Shown here piece by piece: positions 32,858 to 44,766 of a stretch of 56,107 bases of DNA (within the stretch, counting starts at the first letter, position 1; every line of letters begins with the position of its first letter). The stretch is taken from the NCBI GenBank assembly GCA_008369845.1, contig MRSU01000862.1:1-56107 (forward strand), in the 5' to 3' direction. Made by a program: the position numbers and the translations under genes. Source of the DNA: Trichomonas gallinae (lineage: Eukaryota). The notes beneath the pieces are model-generated. The model was not told the origin of the DNA and did no database searches. It saw only the letters and a list, made by a program, of their open reading frames with translations.

Positions 32858-34739
32858 TTTGTCACGTAAAATATAAACTATTTGACTTCTATCAATCTTT
32901 AACAGCCCCAAACAACCTATTTATCCTTGTTTTCTGTTTTATTTGTCAAATTCACCTAAAATCATGATATTTGACAAAAATTGACTTGTAGTCAAGGAAT
33001 ATGGAAATCATAGCTATTGATTTCAATAACTACAGGTTGAGTATATCAATATACATCGTTCTTGCAAAGCGAAAACCAATTAATTCCTTGAAATTTTATT
33101 TACTTCATAAAATATTTAAGATTTATTAGATTTGATCAAAACAATATATTATGTAGTCAATAAATCAACTAAATATAGAAGTTCATGGTGATGCCCTTGA
33201 AACAAAAATATTCCGAGGTTCACATCATGATTTCGAAGAAATCAATAATAGAATAATGATTATTGTATCTGCGATTGTCAAATTACAACTCAGCTGATAA
33301 ATTTTTCAAATATCAACAGATGCAAAATAGACAACCGTCTTTTATTTCAATGAGAACTGTATTTTTTAGTCGAATACACTCCAAATAATCATATGACAAC
33401 TTTAATAATTGACGCGCACAGAACATTTTCAAATGATCTTCCTGAAAATCACAAAATATGCCAAAAAATCTATGAAATCATGCCATAATGCGCACATATA
33501 TGCATGATAAAGGTGCGTGAACCTCAAGTGTGAAATTTTACATCAGAAAATAAAATTTGACACAATCAAATTAGAATGATGCACTTTTCTCAGCAACTTT
33601 TGATAAAGGAATTCCGAATTCTACGCGTTTTTGTTCAGATGTTTTAGCAGGGCCGAATTATCATATAAAATCGTGAGGAATCGAAAATAATACGATAATT
33701 TACTGAAATAGATAATAACTCATCAGATTATAGTAATAAGCAGGAATGAATAAATTAAATATTTGAGAGCATAATTTTCTCTCACTAAGAATTTAAACTT
33801 GTTTTGAATCATTATCAAAATAATAAACCAATTTTATAAACTTAGCGATTACGCCTTTAAAACATATATCTAATGGTAGATATAAATTCCACGATTATTT
33901 TGTTATAGGCCGAATTTATTTATTTTATACTATATATGAATTTATGCATGATTATAACAAGAAAATTAAAAACCCGATAAAGTGTAGCAAAATCTAAATT
34001 TCCTTTGTTTTTCTGTTTATCATAATACTAATATTAATAATATATCAAAATCAAGGTGGTTTAATAAATGGAGCGTGGGTTATCAAATTTTTCAGAACTT
34101 AAACAAATATTATATATGGCTATTCAATTTGTATTTCTTGGTGATTGCTCAGACATCTGACTACATAACTGGCTTTATTCGCCCATTTACACGTATTCTA
34201 GTGCTTTTATAACCCACTTAGCCCTAAAAGTTAAGCATTATGATTGATATACAACAATTTATTCAAAATAATATAAATATCGAAAATAACTATACAATTA
34301 AGTTCATAATACGATTCCATATAAGTTATTTACTATATTTAGATTATTTCATTTTATTTTATATTTTTTGAAATTCAACAAGTTTCTATTAAATAACAAT
34401 ATGGGTTATAATACAGACTTGTATCTGAATAATGACAGCCATAAGAAAACCCCTTATATTTTGTTTTTTCAATATATTTGAAAATTAAATTTGCAAAAAA
34501 TTAACCCAAAAACAATTTGCTTGTTATTTCGATTATATGTAGGTCTTGTCATCAGTTTTTAATGCTCAAAATATGTTTCTTTCGAATAAATATATTTTTT
34601 TTAGCAAAAAATTTCTTTCAAGAATTATGTGATATAAATTAGTTAGCAAGAAAAAAATTATGTTAAACCGCCTAGTTTTGAATGCACCATTAAAAACAAT
34701 TGAAAGCATATATATATAATTTGAAAGCGTAGGTCTGAT

Positions 34740-34744
34740 CCTTT
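34740..34744 (+). promoter_or_regulatory. M5-like CCTTT element
   Basis: CCTTT ends 2 nt before the Myb ATG at 34747. The same arrangement occurs at 45603-45607 before the IBD gene. Confidence 0.45.
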
Positions 34745-34746
34745 AA

Positions 34747-35268
34747 ATGAGCGAAGATGGGAAGCAAGTTGGCATACGTCGACGTCGCCTATTTGGACCT
34801 CATGATGACAAGAGATTGGAGCAGATCATAAAAGAGAACAAATTTACCGGATGGAAGAACGTAGCAAAAATGATGCCGGGATTTACGCCCAAACAGTTAA
34901 GGGATCGATGGCATAACTATATATCACCCAACAACTCATTCGAGCCTTGGACTTTTGAAGAAGATAAAATTATTGTTCAAAAAGTTCAGCAATTCGGCAC
35001 TAAATGGTCTCAAATTTCATCTTACCTGCCTGGGAGATCCGATAACTGCATCAAAAACCGATGGAATACGGTTTTAAAGGACGACTTTATGACAAATCCG
35101 CATAAATATTATCCTTCTCGCCCAGAAGAACCTAAATCTTTTCCCACAGAAAGTGAAGATACCACGGGAAAGCCTGTTATGCTAAAGTCGATACAAAACG
35201 ATTCCAATGTTTTTTTGGATGAAAGATTTATTGAAAAGTTTTTCGAGACTTTTAAGAAGGGGAATTGA
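34747..35268 (+). CDS. R2R3 Myb-like transcription factor
   Basis: RRLFGPHDDKRL...WKNVA...FTPKQLRDRWHNYI...PWTFEEDKII...FGTKWSQIS...GRSDNCIKNRWN. Confidence 0.93.
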   Translation: MSEDGKQVGIRRRRLFGPHDDKRLEQIIKENKFTGWKNVAKMMPGFTPKQLRDRWHNYISPNNSFEPWTFEEDKIIVQKVQQFGTKWSQISSYLPGRSDNCIKNRWNTVLKDDFMTNPHKYYPSRPEEPKSFPTESEDTTGKPVMLKSIQNDSNVFLDERFIEKFFETFKKGN

Positions 35269-35593
35269 CTTTTATTTACTTAGAATTACCAAAAATGCCC
35301 CAAATGTTAATTTATCTTTATTTGTTTATAAAATTATATTGTTTGTTTCTGTTAATTGTCGTTTTGTTTTATTTCTCTTCTCATATATGTTAACCTATTT
35401 GATTGATGTTCTTTGATTTCAAAATATAATTTTTAAGAAATTCAAATTAAACATAATTATGTTATGGAAGAAAAAGACTTAGATGTACATATTCGAAACA
35501 ACATATTTAATTCAAACAAAACAGAACAAAATCCGAGATATATTTTATAAAAACATTTCATCGTGTATTTGCTTACAAGCTTAATCGACGGTT

Positions 35594-36088
35594 TCAATTG
35601 GAGTCCCAGTTGATTTCCACGTCATTAAATTGGCCAATGTGAAGTATTGGATCAACAGAAGGCTCATAAAGAGGCGAAATAGATGGATTAGGGTTCTCCA
35701 CTTGATCTAAGAAGTTGTTGAGCTCACTATTTACGAATTTTCTCGTTGCAACAGAATTATATACTCGATTTGCAAGCGTACAAGGCTGACTTGGCAGGAC
35801 GTAATTCATGAATGCAGGTCTGTCGTTGTATGGGAATGGGCTATACGCTTGTTGAACATGATCTGGAGAAACTGGTTTTATTTTTTCAGGTTTTCGAGGT
35901 GGAGATTGATGAGGTGGCCCTTCTAGCTTGCGAACAGGAAATTTAGGACGAATAATATAAGCAGATTTTGATACTTTTTGCATTTGTCTGAATCTAAGCG
36001 CAGTTTCTTTCTGTAGTTTGCTGTATCTGTCCACCTGCTCCTTCATTTTGGCATTAGCCATAGTAAGGCTGTGAACAAAAGATTTCAT
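35594..36088 (-). CDS. Hypothetical protein (basic N-terminal helix, Pro-rich middle)
   Basis: ATG-initiated 164-aa ORF, GC-richer than its flanks; no recognised domain. Confidence 0.65.
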   Translation of the reverse strand: MKSFVHSLTMANAKMKEQVDRYSKLQKETALRFRQMQKVSKSAYIIRPKFPVRKLEGPPHQSPPRKPEKIKPVSPDHVQQAYSPFPYNDRPAFMNYVLPSQPCTLANRVYNSVATRKFVNSELNNFLDQVENPNPSISPLYEPSVDPILHIGQFNDVEINWDSN

Positions 36089-36478
36089 TTGACAAAAAAA
36101 CGAAAATAATTTTTTTGTAAACTATTCAAATTGTTAATTTATTTTTCCATACATTCCATTATTCACATTAATCCCAAATCTTCAAATTATTTTCGAAAAT
36201 AACTATTTTTGATTTATCTTTCTAAATAAAGCGATAACATATTAATTTTATTTCACTATCAGCATATATACAATCATAAAGATATATATTCATGAGCATA
36301 TGGTTATATCTCGATAAATTCATTCAAAAAATATTTTTTGGATAAAAATGAAAGGTTGTATTTGAGGTTATGATATTTATGCCGATTAAAATCATTTGTG
36401 AAAGTAAAATGTATCCGAATTAAAATAGAATAATTTTATATAAAAATAACAAAACACAAATAAAAAATAAAAGTGAAA

Positions 36479-39400
36479 TTACCACTCATTGTCACCAGCG
36501 AAGAAGTTGATTTGCTGATCTTCTTCATTAGAATCTGAATCCGAATTTATTTCATCATCTTCTTGAACGGCAGTTGTCCACATATATGAAGGAGCAGCAT
36601 TGGTGTATTCATTGCCGAAGACACCAGTCTCGTTGTTGATTGTCGTATCAGGCAAATCAGTATCATCTGAATTTGCTCCATTCCGTTTCCTAATGTATAA
36701 AATAACACCAATAATAATAGCAGCGACAACAATCAAGCCTATAACTATTCCAGCAATCAATCCACCAACATTTTTCTTTTCTTTTTCTTTGGTTGGATCA
36801 TTTCCGATTTGACCAGCTCCTTTTGGATCAAGTGTAGCACTTGGATTAGGTGTTTTTACATAAGGTGATGCTGTTGGCAGCGGAGAACGAGTGGGATGTG
36901 GTGTTGTTGATGGAGTGGATGATGGAGTGCTTGATGGAGTTCGAGCTGGCGTTTGTGTTGCAGCTGGAGTAGATGATGGAGTGTCAACAGGTGTTTTATC
37001 TGGTGTTATTGATGGTGTTTCCCATGGAATGTTTTGGATTTGCAATTCAAGGGGAATATCGTTACCTGTTATATACAAATAATAGTGATCAATGCCGAGG
37101 TTTTCATTGATGGATATAGTGTTTCCAGTTCTAAGCTCGATCTGAGTTTGAGCCGATCCAATATACTTGGCACGAAGCGATGGACCATCTTTTAGTGTAA
37201 TCTTAATATTTGCAGCAAAGCCTGGCATGTTTGGTCCGGTGTACACCAGATTGAAAAGTCTGTATTTTGATGGAGCAAGGTTAACTCTATAGTAATGTAG
37301 AGGAATTCCTGAAACAACTGGCGTTTTTCCATCTGCAACAATTGTGTAGTTGGCTGCGCAGTTTGGACCATAATGACCTGCTGAACAAATGCATTTTCCA
37401 TTTGAGCATGTTGAATTGTAATAACAAACTGGGCAAACTGTTGAATTGATTTCCTTTTTGAGATCGAGTGGGTTTGTTGTTACATCAGCTGTATCAAATC
37501 CACCGGAAATTGCAATTGAAATAAATGGTGGCTTGATTTCCGCTTCATTGTATTCGGAGCAGTATAAATGTATCATATATTTGCCAGCTTTCGCTTCATT
37601 AATTATTACTTTTTCGATTGATGAATATTCCTCAGGTGAGCTTCCTGGTAACATATTTCCTACATATGAAGTTGCGCCATCATCAACAACCAAGTCAACA
37701 TCTGTAGAGAAAGTGCGCCCAGTAAGCAATGACCCAACTGGATAATCTAAATAAGCCATTGAAACGCTAAGCTCAGAATCACGTGTTGTTGTGAGCTCGA
37801 ATGAAACATGTCCGCCTGATTGTAAAGTGATGTTATCGATGAATCTGACGCCATTCCCTGCAAATCCAAGAGCTTTAGCTCCATAAGGGATACCATAGCC
37901 AAATGAGTAGTCTTCAGGACGTGCTGATGTGTTTTTGCCGGAATTTATTAGTATTGACTTGATTAAATTTCCGCTTGGATATATTTTTTCGCTGGAATGT
38001 TTCTGGCCGTTCGGATAATAACCGTCTATGAAGTATTGCCTCATTTGGGCAGCCATGCCTGTTATATGGGCACCGGACACAGAAGCTCCTGCCATCCAGT
38101 TGGTAGCAGTATAATTTGTGTCGCCAGTGTAAAGTTTGTTGTCATTTGAGCGCGCGGAAATCTCATACTCGCCGTTTGCTGCAATGTCAGGCTTTCTAAT
38201 TCCGTTCAATGTCGGTCCATTGCTTACAAGAAATGTTTGCAGCGGATGGCTTCGTCCTGTCCAGTTTACTGATGCCGTGCCCATTGCTAGAAGTGTGTCG
38301 TAGTCAGAGATGTTGAAAATTGCTGTCGGAATCGATTCACTCGCGTTGCACGATTCATTAAACACGATGTAAACGCTAGCTTTCGTTGGTACCGGCTTCT
38401 CGCAGTCCTTGTTGAGATAAATACTTCCTTCTACGTCTTCTTCAACGATTGGCAAATTTTGATAATTTTTAATTGGCGAATAGTTGTTATTTAGAGGTGA
38501 GTTTGAGGCAACCTTAAGCGAATCAACCTTTGTGTCGCCATTAGAAAGTGCGAAAATCGAATTCTTTTCGATTGTTGTTTCAGGATATGTTGTAGAAGTA
38601 ACACAAAGCACATTAACACCTGTGGAAGGATGCTGAAAAGAATAATAATTACCTCCTGTTACAATAACAAGCTTATCTGGGTTATTATAAGTAAATGTAT
38701 CGTACAAATCCGAAATTTGAGCAGCAAATATAGATGAACTTCCAAGTGGTATGTAAAGGATGTGAGCGTCGGTTTCATTAAGAGATTCTAATTGTTGGCT
38801 CGGATCTGGGATTGAAGTTATAAAAAATTCGTGAGCTTTACCTTTCGGGAGCCATCCAGCATATTGGTTGACTGAGTCTGAGTTATTTCCTGTGTCGCCA
38901 ATAACCATTCCTGCAATAAAAGTGCCATGATTTGGCGTTGTTGAGCCATCATCTGTGTTTAACTGCTCATACTTGACTATTTTTCTATGGTGAGGGTTAT
39001 AGGTTGCATTTGGAACTGAACCGTTAACATTATAAACGGGATCATAGAAGAAAACATGATTCATGTCCAAACCATTATCATATAGTGCTACAGTTTGTCC
39101 TTCTCCATCCAATCCTGCTTGTTCGAGCATTCTTGGAACTCTAAGTCTGTAACTATCAGGATCATATTGTAAATAATTTGCATTTGATTGTAAAAGACCA
39201 GCTGTGTATCTGCAGTGAAGCTCGAAATTGCCAACAGCGAATATTGAATAGACTTTGGGCTCGCTAAATGCCCTTGTTATTTCTTCTTTTGAAATATCTT
39301 TGCAATTAAAATAAAAACCATCAAAAGTACATGTAGGAAACGCTTTCCAATCATCTGTTGCGCGAATACTATATTCATTGAAAGGCGAAAAAGATAAATT

Positions 39401-39667
39401 TGCTGATTCTTTTAGATGATCTTCGCTAATTACAAAACTTTTTGATTCCGCGATGTCAGAATACGACTCACCTTCTAAGTAGTAGTGATAGTATCCTTGA
39501 GCATGCTTGTTTTTCCTTGCAAAAACCTGTGGATATTTTTCTATTATCCGTTGAACGTTGTAGTTATTCAATGAACCAATGATGCTGATGAAGTACCATC
39601 CATTGGTATTAACACTGAGTGGACTTCGAATATTCTTCGCTGATGATTTAAAGCTAAAAACAACCAT
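36479..39667 (-). CDS. Membrane-anchored subtilisin-like (S8) serine peptidase homolog with EGF-like domain, Thr/Pro/Ser stalk, TM helix and acidic tail
   Basis: GLDGEGQTVALYDNGLD, NHGTFIAG, GGN, GPTLNGIRKPDIAANG, GASVS, LIKSILINS, FGYGIP; C...CSNGKCICSAGHYGPNC; TPS repeats; TM helix LIAGIVIGLIVVAAIIIGVILYI followed by RKR. Confidence 0.9.
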   Translation of the reverse strand: MVVFSFKSSAKNIRSPLSVNTNGWYFISIIGSLNNYNVQRIIEKYPQVFARKNKHAQGYYHYYLEGESYSDIAESKSFVISEDHLKESANLSFSPFNEYSIRATDDWKAFPTCTFDGFYFNCKDISKEEITRAFSEPKVYSIFAVGNFELHCRYTAGLLQSNANYLQYDPDSYRLRVPRMLEQAGLDGEGQTVALYDNGLDMNHVFFYDPVYNVNGSVPNATYNPHHRKIVKYEQLNTDDGSTTPNHGTFIAGMVIGDTGNNSDSVNQYAGWLPKGKAHEFFITSIPDPSQQLESLNETDAHILYIPLGSSSIFAAQISDLYDTFTYNNPDKLVIVTGGNYYSFQHPSTGVNVLCVTSTTYPETTIEKNSIFALSNGDTKVDSLKVASNSPLNNNYSPIKNYQNLPIVEEDVEGSIYLNKDCEKPVPTKASVYIVFNESCNASESIPTAIFNISDYDTLLAMGTASVNWTGRSHPLQTFLVSNGPTLNGIRKPDIAANGEYEISARSNDNKLYTGDTNYTATNWMAGASVSGAHITGMAAQMRQYFIDGYYPNGQKHSSEKIYPSGNLIKSILINSGKNTSARPEDYSFGYGIPYGAKALGFAGNGVRFIDNITLQSGGHVSFELTTTRDSELSVSMAYLDYPVGSLLTGRTFSTDVDLVVDDGATSYVGNMLPGSSPEEYSSIEKVIINEAKAGKYMIHLYCSEYNEAEIKPPFISIAISGGFDTADVTTNPLDLKKEINSTVCPVCYYNSTCSNGKCICSAGHYGPNCAANYTIVADGKTPVVSGIPLHYYRVNLAPSKYRLFNLVYTGPNMPGFAANIKITLKDGPSLRAKYIGSAQTQIELRTGNTISINENLGIDHYYLYITGNDIPLELQIQNIPWETPSITPDKTPVDTPSSTPAATQTPARTPSSTPSSTPSTTPHPTRSPLPTASPYVKTPNPSATLDPKGAGQIGNDPTKEKEKKNVGGLIAGIVIGLIVVAAIIIGVILYIRKRNGANSDDTDLPDTTINNETGVFGNEYTNAAPSYMWTTAVQEDDEINSDSDSNEEDQQINFFAGDNEW
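36890..37020 (-). repeat. 12-bp coding repeats encoding a TPSS/TPxx mucin-like stalk
   Basis: Repeated ACTCCATCAxxx / ACACCAxxx units inside the subtilisin-like gene. Confidence 0.75.
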
Positions 39668-40617
39668 AAAAATTTGTAAAATGTAAACTTCACAAAAAAT
39701 CAGGATTTTGAAACCTCATAATTATTATTTTTGCGTTAAAGTAAACATATAAAATCAGAGTTTTTATCGCTTGTCACTTTTTGATATATAAATTAACCAA
39801 TGATATACATAATGCAATATTTTATAATGAAATTTTTGAATGTCCAGATTTTTGAATTGAATCAGAAAATCTTTATTCAATAATTGGCAATATACTATAA
39901 TCCCAAATTTTTGATTTTAATTTTCACCTTAAATTTTCAACTGTGAAAAAAATTTATCATATAGATTAGATTATATATCAAATTATCTTATAATTATTTT
40001 GAAAAGTGACAGACTTAAATCTTAAACCCCATCAATTCTCGATTTTAGTTTATATAGTTATTTTATCACGCATTGATTCATTTTCCATCAACCAATCAAA
40101 AAACCAGCTTTTATATTCGAAATTTCCACTTCATTATAAGATTGATTTGTTTTTCTCATTAATTCTTTCAATATTCACATTAACATATAATATATTATGT
40201 TTTGCGCTGCTATTAAACATTTTTGAAGAATTTATTTTTTTCATTCACCGAAAGGTTTCTAACCTCAATTATTCGAATAATCAGCACATAAACAGATTCA
40301 TATAACTAAGTATAGTCATCTAAATTCTATTTGAAAAATATTTTTCTTATTTTCACTTTGATTTTTATTGAAAAATCAACAAAAACATTTGTGAATTGTT
40401 CCAACTAAGATATAACATTTATATCCAATATATTTCACATTGATTTCATTACTTAAAAACAAGATATTTTTTTGAATTTCTCATTGAAACGTAAAAATAT
40501 TACATTTTGAACGTATTCTAGCTTAGCATATTGAGGAACCAACAAATTAATAAAAAAGTGATTAAATAAACATAATTATTTAATAATCTCTATTACTCTA
40601 TATAAATAAATAAAACA

Positions 40618-43336
40618 TTAGTGCCTGTGGTGTTTGTTGAATTTGCTGTGGAATTTCTGCTTCTTGAAGTCCTTGAGGCTCTTAAACTTGTTGAACTTAT
40701 TTCCATGGCTATGACCGAATATTGCCGGCTTATTATTAGGATTGAAGTATTTGCTATGTTGTTGTTGCTGCTGCTGTTTGTTTTGATAAAGATTTATATT
40801 CTTATTAATGTGAGGGCCAATTGGCTGCTTGGCGACGAGCACTGCATTGTCTTCTGCTTCGTTATCTTCTCGCTCATAGAATAAGACGTAGGCAGCGTTA
40901 GTATGCGCGTTAGATTGAACTGCTTTTTTAACTGAGCTGTCGTTGAAAGAGTACCAGTCTCTTCCTCCCTTTCCGTTTGGAACAGTTGCATGTGCTGTGC
41001 AGTGCCCGAATCCAAGTGACCCGAAATGCTCAGATATTGCATATAACCTGTATTTTGTTGAGCTTTCAACTGGCCCAATTAAATATTTTTTAATGTCAAG
41101 TTCTTCTGGGAAGTTAACAATTCTGTCGTCTTTCTCTGTTCCTGTTTCTGTTGTTTCGAACCTCTTCAAGTGGATTATGAGGCATTTAGACGCTTTCCAT
41201 AGGTCCATCTTCTTGTTCGCGCAGACGAATTCTCTGCATTTTGGGCAGAACCATTTATTATTTTCGTCCAAAACTTCTTCGTGCCTGAAAAACTCGAAGC
41301 AGTCATCTAGAGAAACGTCGCCGCTGTCTTTATCCACTTTGTGCGGCTTCCTGAAGTCAATACCAATGTTATTCAGATAAACAGGCAAGTCGAAATGATG
41401 CTCTGAGTTCATATATTTTCCATTTATCATTGCCGTGAAAAGTTGCGAGCAAATTTTTTCATGAGTTTTAGACGGAGCAAATTCTTTTTTGAGATATTCT
41501 TTGACTCTCACTCTTTGTTTCTCTTCGAAGTTCAATGAGCTAAATCTCATATAGTTCTTCCGCTTCAGTTGGTGTGGGGTGAACATTGCATCAGGGAAAA
41601 CGCAGTCTTTTGGGATTTTTTCTTCATTCCATAAAACTTTGAGTCTTCGCGAAACATATTTTGTTATTTTCTCTTTTTCTGCAGTTTCTTCATCCATTGG
41701 GACCAAAAATGGCATCATGACTGGCTTCTCTTCAGTCCTCTCTTGGTTCGAAAACATGTTGGAAAAGTCAGATTTGAATATTTGACTGATAAAACATAAA
41801 CAGTAATATTTGTCATCTTCGGGGATTTCAAAAGCAACAGGAACCAAGTTTTCAGCGTATTTGGCATCAAGTGGGTCCCAGTAAAGCGTCAGGGAGCTGA
41901 ATGAGTGTGCGATGAATGCAACAACAACTTCGCACTTTTTAGTTTCTTTCACGGAAATTTCGTAATCTTTGACGCTTGTTTCTCTTTGAAGTTTTAGCCT
42001 CAGCCACTCGTGTTTTTTAGTCAAATCGTAGGGAATGAACAGAACACTCGTGACTTTCTCGTTTATCGGCCTGATTGGCAGGGAAATAGCGACGAATGGA
42101 TCAAAAACGACAGTTGTTGATTTGCATTTCGGACAAATGCAGCGAGAGCGAAGCTGGCCGTGGAAATCATCAACTATGATGCTGTCATTCCTCAGTTTAT
42201 GACGTTTCCAGGCTTCGGCTGCTGTTTCTTCATCATTTGTTCCATCACCGACAATTGCTTCGACTAAAGGCTTATTTTTACACCTGTTTAGGTCTTCATG
42301 GATTCCATCCAAAAGGAACATAATCAATTCGTGTGGGTCTTGTTGTTCATACCCTTGAAATTGCGGTGCAAAGTCGCCCAAAATGTGCTTTAGATCTGAT
42401 GGATTGATCGCTGAGTCGTTGGATCCCCACATTCTATAGTTAAAACGTGCAAAAGAGCGAACTAAATGACCTTTTGCACCTAATGGGTTTGATTCATTGA
42501 TATCTGCGCGCCATTTAGCATCTAATAGCTGCCTTGCAAGCGGCAAAGAGTGCATAAGACATTGCACGCCTGAATTAAAGTAACATGTATTTCCAATATT
42601 AATTAAACCGCATTTTCCAGCATTTGCTGGCACCATGAAGTTAGTTTTGGTCTCTTCGCGGCGTTTTTCTTCCTTTTTCTCTTCTTTCTTTGATTCAATA
42701 TTTTTAGAAATTTTTGTAGCTTCATTTTGAATATCACTTGACCATTTATCGTTAATCATGTAGTCGACGAATATTTGCTTTGAGTTTCTGTTTAAAATCG
42801 AAACTGGGTCATTATCTTTGATAATAATTCTCGAATTATCAGAATTGACAAGAACTATTCTGAAATTCGATTTAATTCCGAAAGTAAGTTTGACTTCTTT
42901 GATGAATTTCGAGCATTGATCTCTTTCCCAAAGATAAATTATTTTCTTTTCAGCATTATTTTCAACTTCTATTTCTATCTTGTCTGTTTTAAATGCGAGC
43001 TTGCCGGATTCTTTCCGTATTGGATATATTATCGGTTTATCTCCGCCGAACCATGATAAAAGTTTGTCATAGGCTTCAATTGTGATCATTTCGATGCTAT
43101 CTTTTGATGCTGTAGACGAAATATTTCCGTTGTTTATGATTTTTGCGTTAGAAATCTGACTTATTGATGTTGATGAATTTGATGTTGAGTTTTTCCATTT
43201 TTGGAACCAGTTTTTATCAATTGGACAAGCAATAGACAAAGAATTACCATTTCCCAGCTTTGCATTCAATGAAGTAATCAATTCTCTCTGCTCGACAGGG
43301 CTAGGAATCGACGTTTTTATTTTTTTGTCCTCCCAT
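40618..43336 (-). CDS. Ubiquitin-specific protease (C19), USP4/11/15-like with a DUSP domain; likely start codon is out of frame
   Basis: DUSP-like IDKNWFQKWK...ISNAKI...AYDKLLSWFGG; Cys box GLINIGNTCYFNSGVQCL; QQDPHE; WFCPKC; His box YRLYAISEHFGSLGFGHCTA...WYSFNDS; AYVLFYER; poly-Q and basic tail. Confidence 0.92.
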
Positions 43337-43527
43337 TTTTTATTTTCTTGCAAACCCGAAATATGGACATTTCTCAGAAGAAACAGCAATTTTTACGTTG
43401 AAATTTTTCATTTTGGTTAAAATTATTTTGTATGGTTTGATTATAGAGCTTTTAACTAGAATAGTTTATATGAACAGTAGAAATTATAGCAATTCATGAA
43501 TTGTAAAGGTCACAATCCATAATAGAA

Positions 43528-44766
43528 TTAAATTTCAACATATACAATTTCCAATGCTTCTTCGGCATGTTTTGTTTTGTTATCTTCTTCTGTCATGAAC
43601 AAACCAGCAGCTGTCATGTAATCCTCACCAATTAATTTGATTTTCGTTATCGTTGAATATTGTGCTAAAATTTTATGATAACCAGCGAATATCTGGCCTA
43701 AATTTGCCATGATTTCTGATGGCGTAAAATGTGATGTATATGATACAACAACTTTTCTGATTTAGCTTTAGCTTGTTCTGCTGCTTTTCTCTTTTCGATT
43801 TCTTCTGTTTCATTCATTAAAATGAAAACGATTGATTTGATGTCGCTTGAATTTTCGTTGTCTTTCATTCCAATCATGTTCACCAAGAAAGGAACTGGTT
43901 ACTCTGAGTCGTCAATCTGTTCCAGATGATCCTCGCAGAAAAGTGAGTCTTGCCCATTAACCATCATCTCTAGTTGCTGATTAATTTTCTTCTGGTCTTT
44001 CTCTGCCATGAAATTCGCGAATTGCTGGCCAAGCATTTGATCAGGAGTCATTCCAAGATTCGCTGTAACGCTTTGGTTGATTATTTCTACAACTGAAGCT
44101 TGATTTGTGACAATGATACACTTGCTCGCATCCAGACAATCGATTTATTTGTTGACATTCTTTCGTTGTGATTTTTTTATTTCATCCTGTGAAAATTTCG
44201 AGAATTTCTGGTGTTTCGATGATTGTCTGCATTGGAAGATGTTGGAATAACATCAATAACATTCTATAGTTTTTGATGATGAAATCTCTGAAAATCCATG
44301 GAATGGAATAAACAATGACAGAACAAATGAAACCGATAGCTAGGAAAATCTTGTTTTCGTCCACAGCTATATTATAAGTGTCTTCCATTATTTCTGCAAT
44401 CCACTGCGAAGCTTTCATGACAGATGAGTAAAAATGGACTCTCAAAAGATGTTGCTTGTTTGCACCAACTTCATTGTTGATCGCTCCACCGAAATTATCG
44501 GGATGATTTATCTCAGTGATCATCTGCTTGAAGATCTGTAATAAATTGTCGATGCCTGCACATGCATACATATCGTGCACTGATGATGGGTGCTCACCAA
44601 CATTCATGTCGTCAAGTTCTTCATCGAAACCAACGCTTTGCTTGATCTTGTCATTTCCATACAGCAAAGCTTGCTGTGTTTCAACTAAGTTTTGGACATA
44701 GTTTAATGTTATATTTTCCAGCTCGTTTCTGTCGTTGAATGTATGAGAAAGTGAACCATTAAGCAA
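43528..44766 (-). pseudogene. Transmembrane adenylyl cyclase (class III, PAS-containing) pseudogene fragment
   Basis: Fragments in different frames: TM region (44182-44766), PAS-like VITNQASVVEIINQSVTANLGMTPDQMLGQ, S-helix EKRKAAEQAKAKSEKLLY, and catalytic ITKIKLIGEDYMTAAGLF. Several stops, frameshifts and truncations. Confidence 0.88.
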
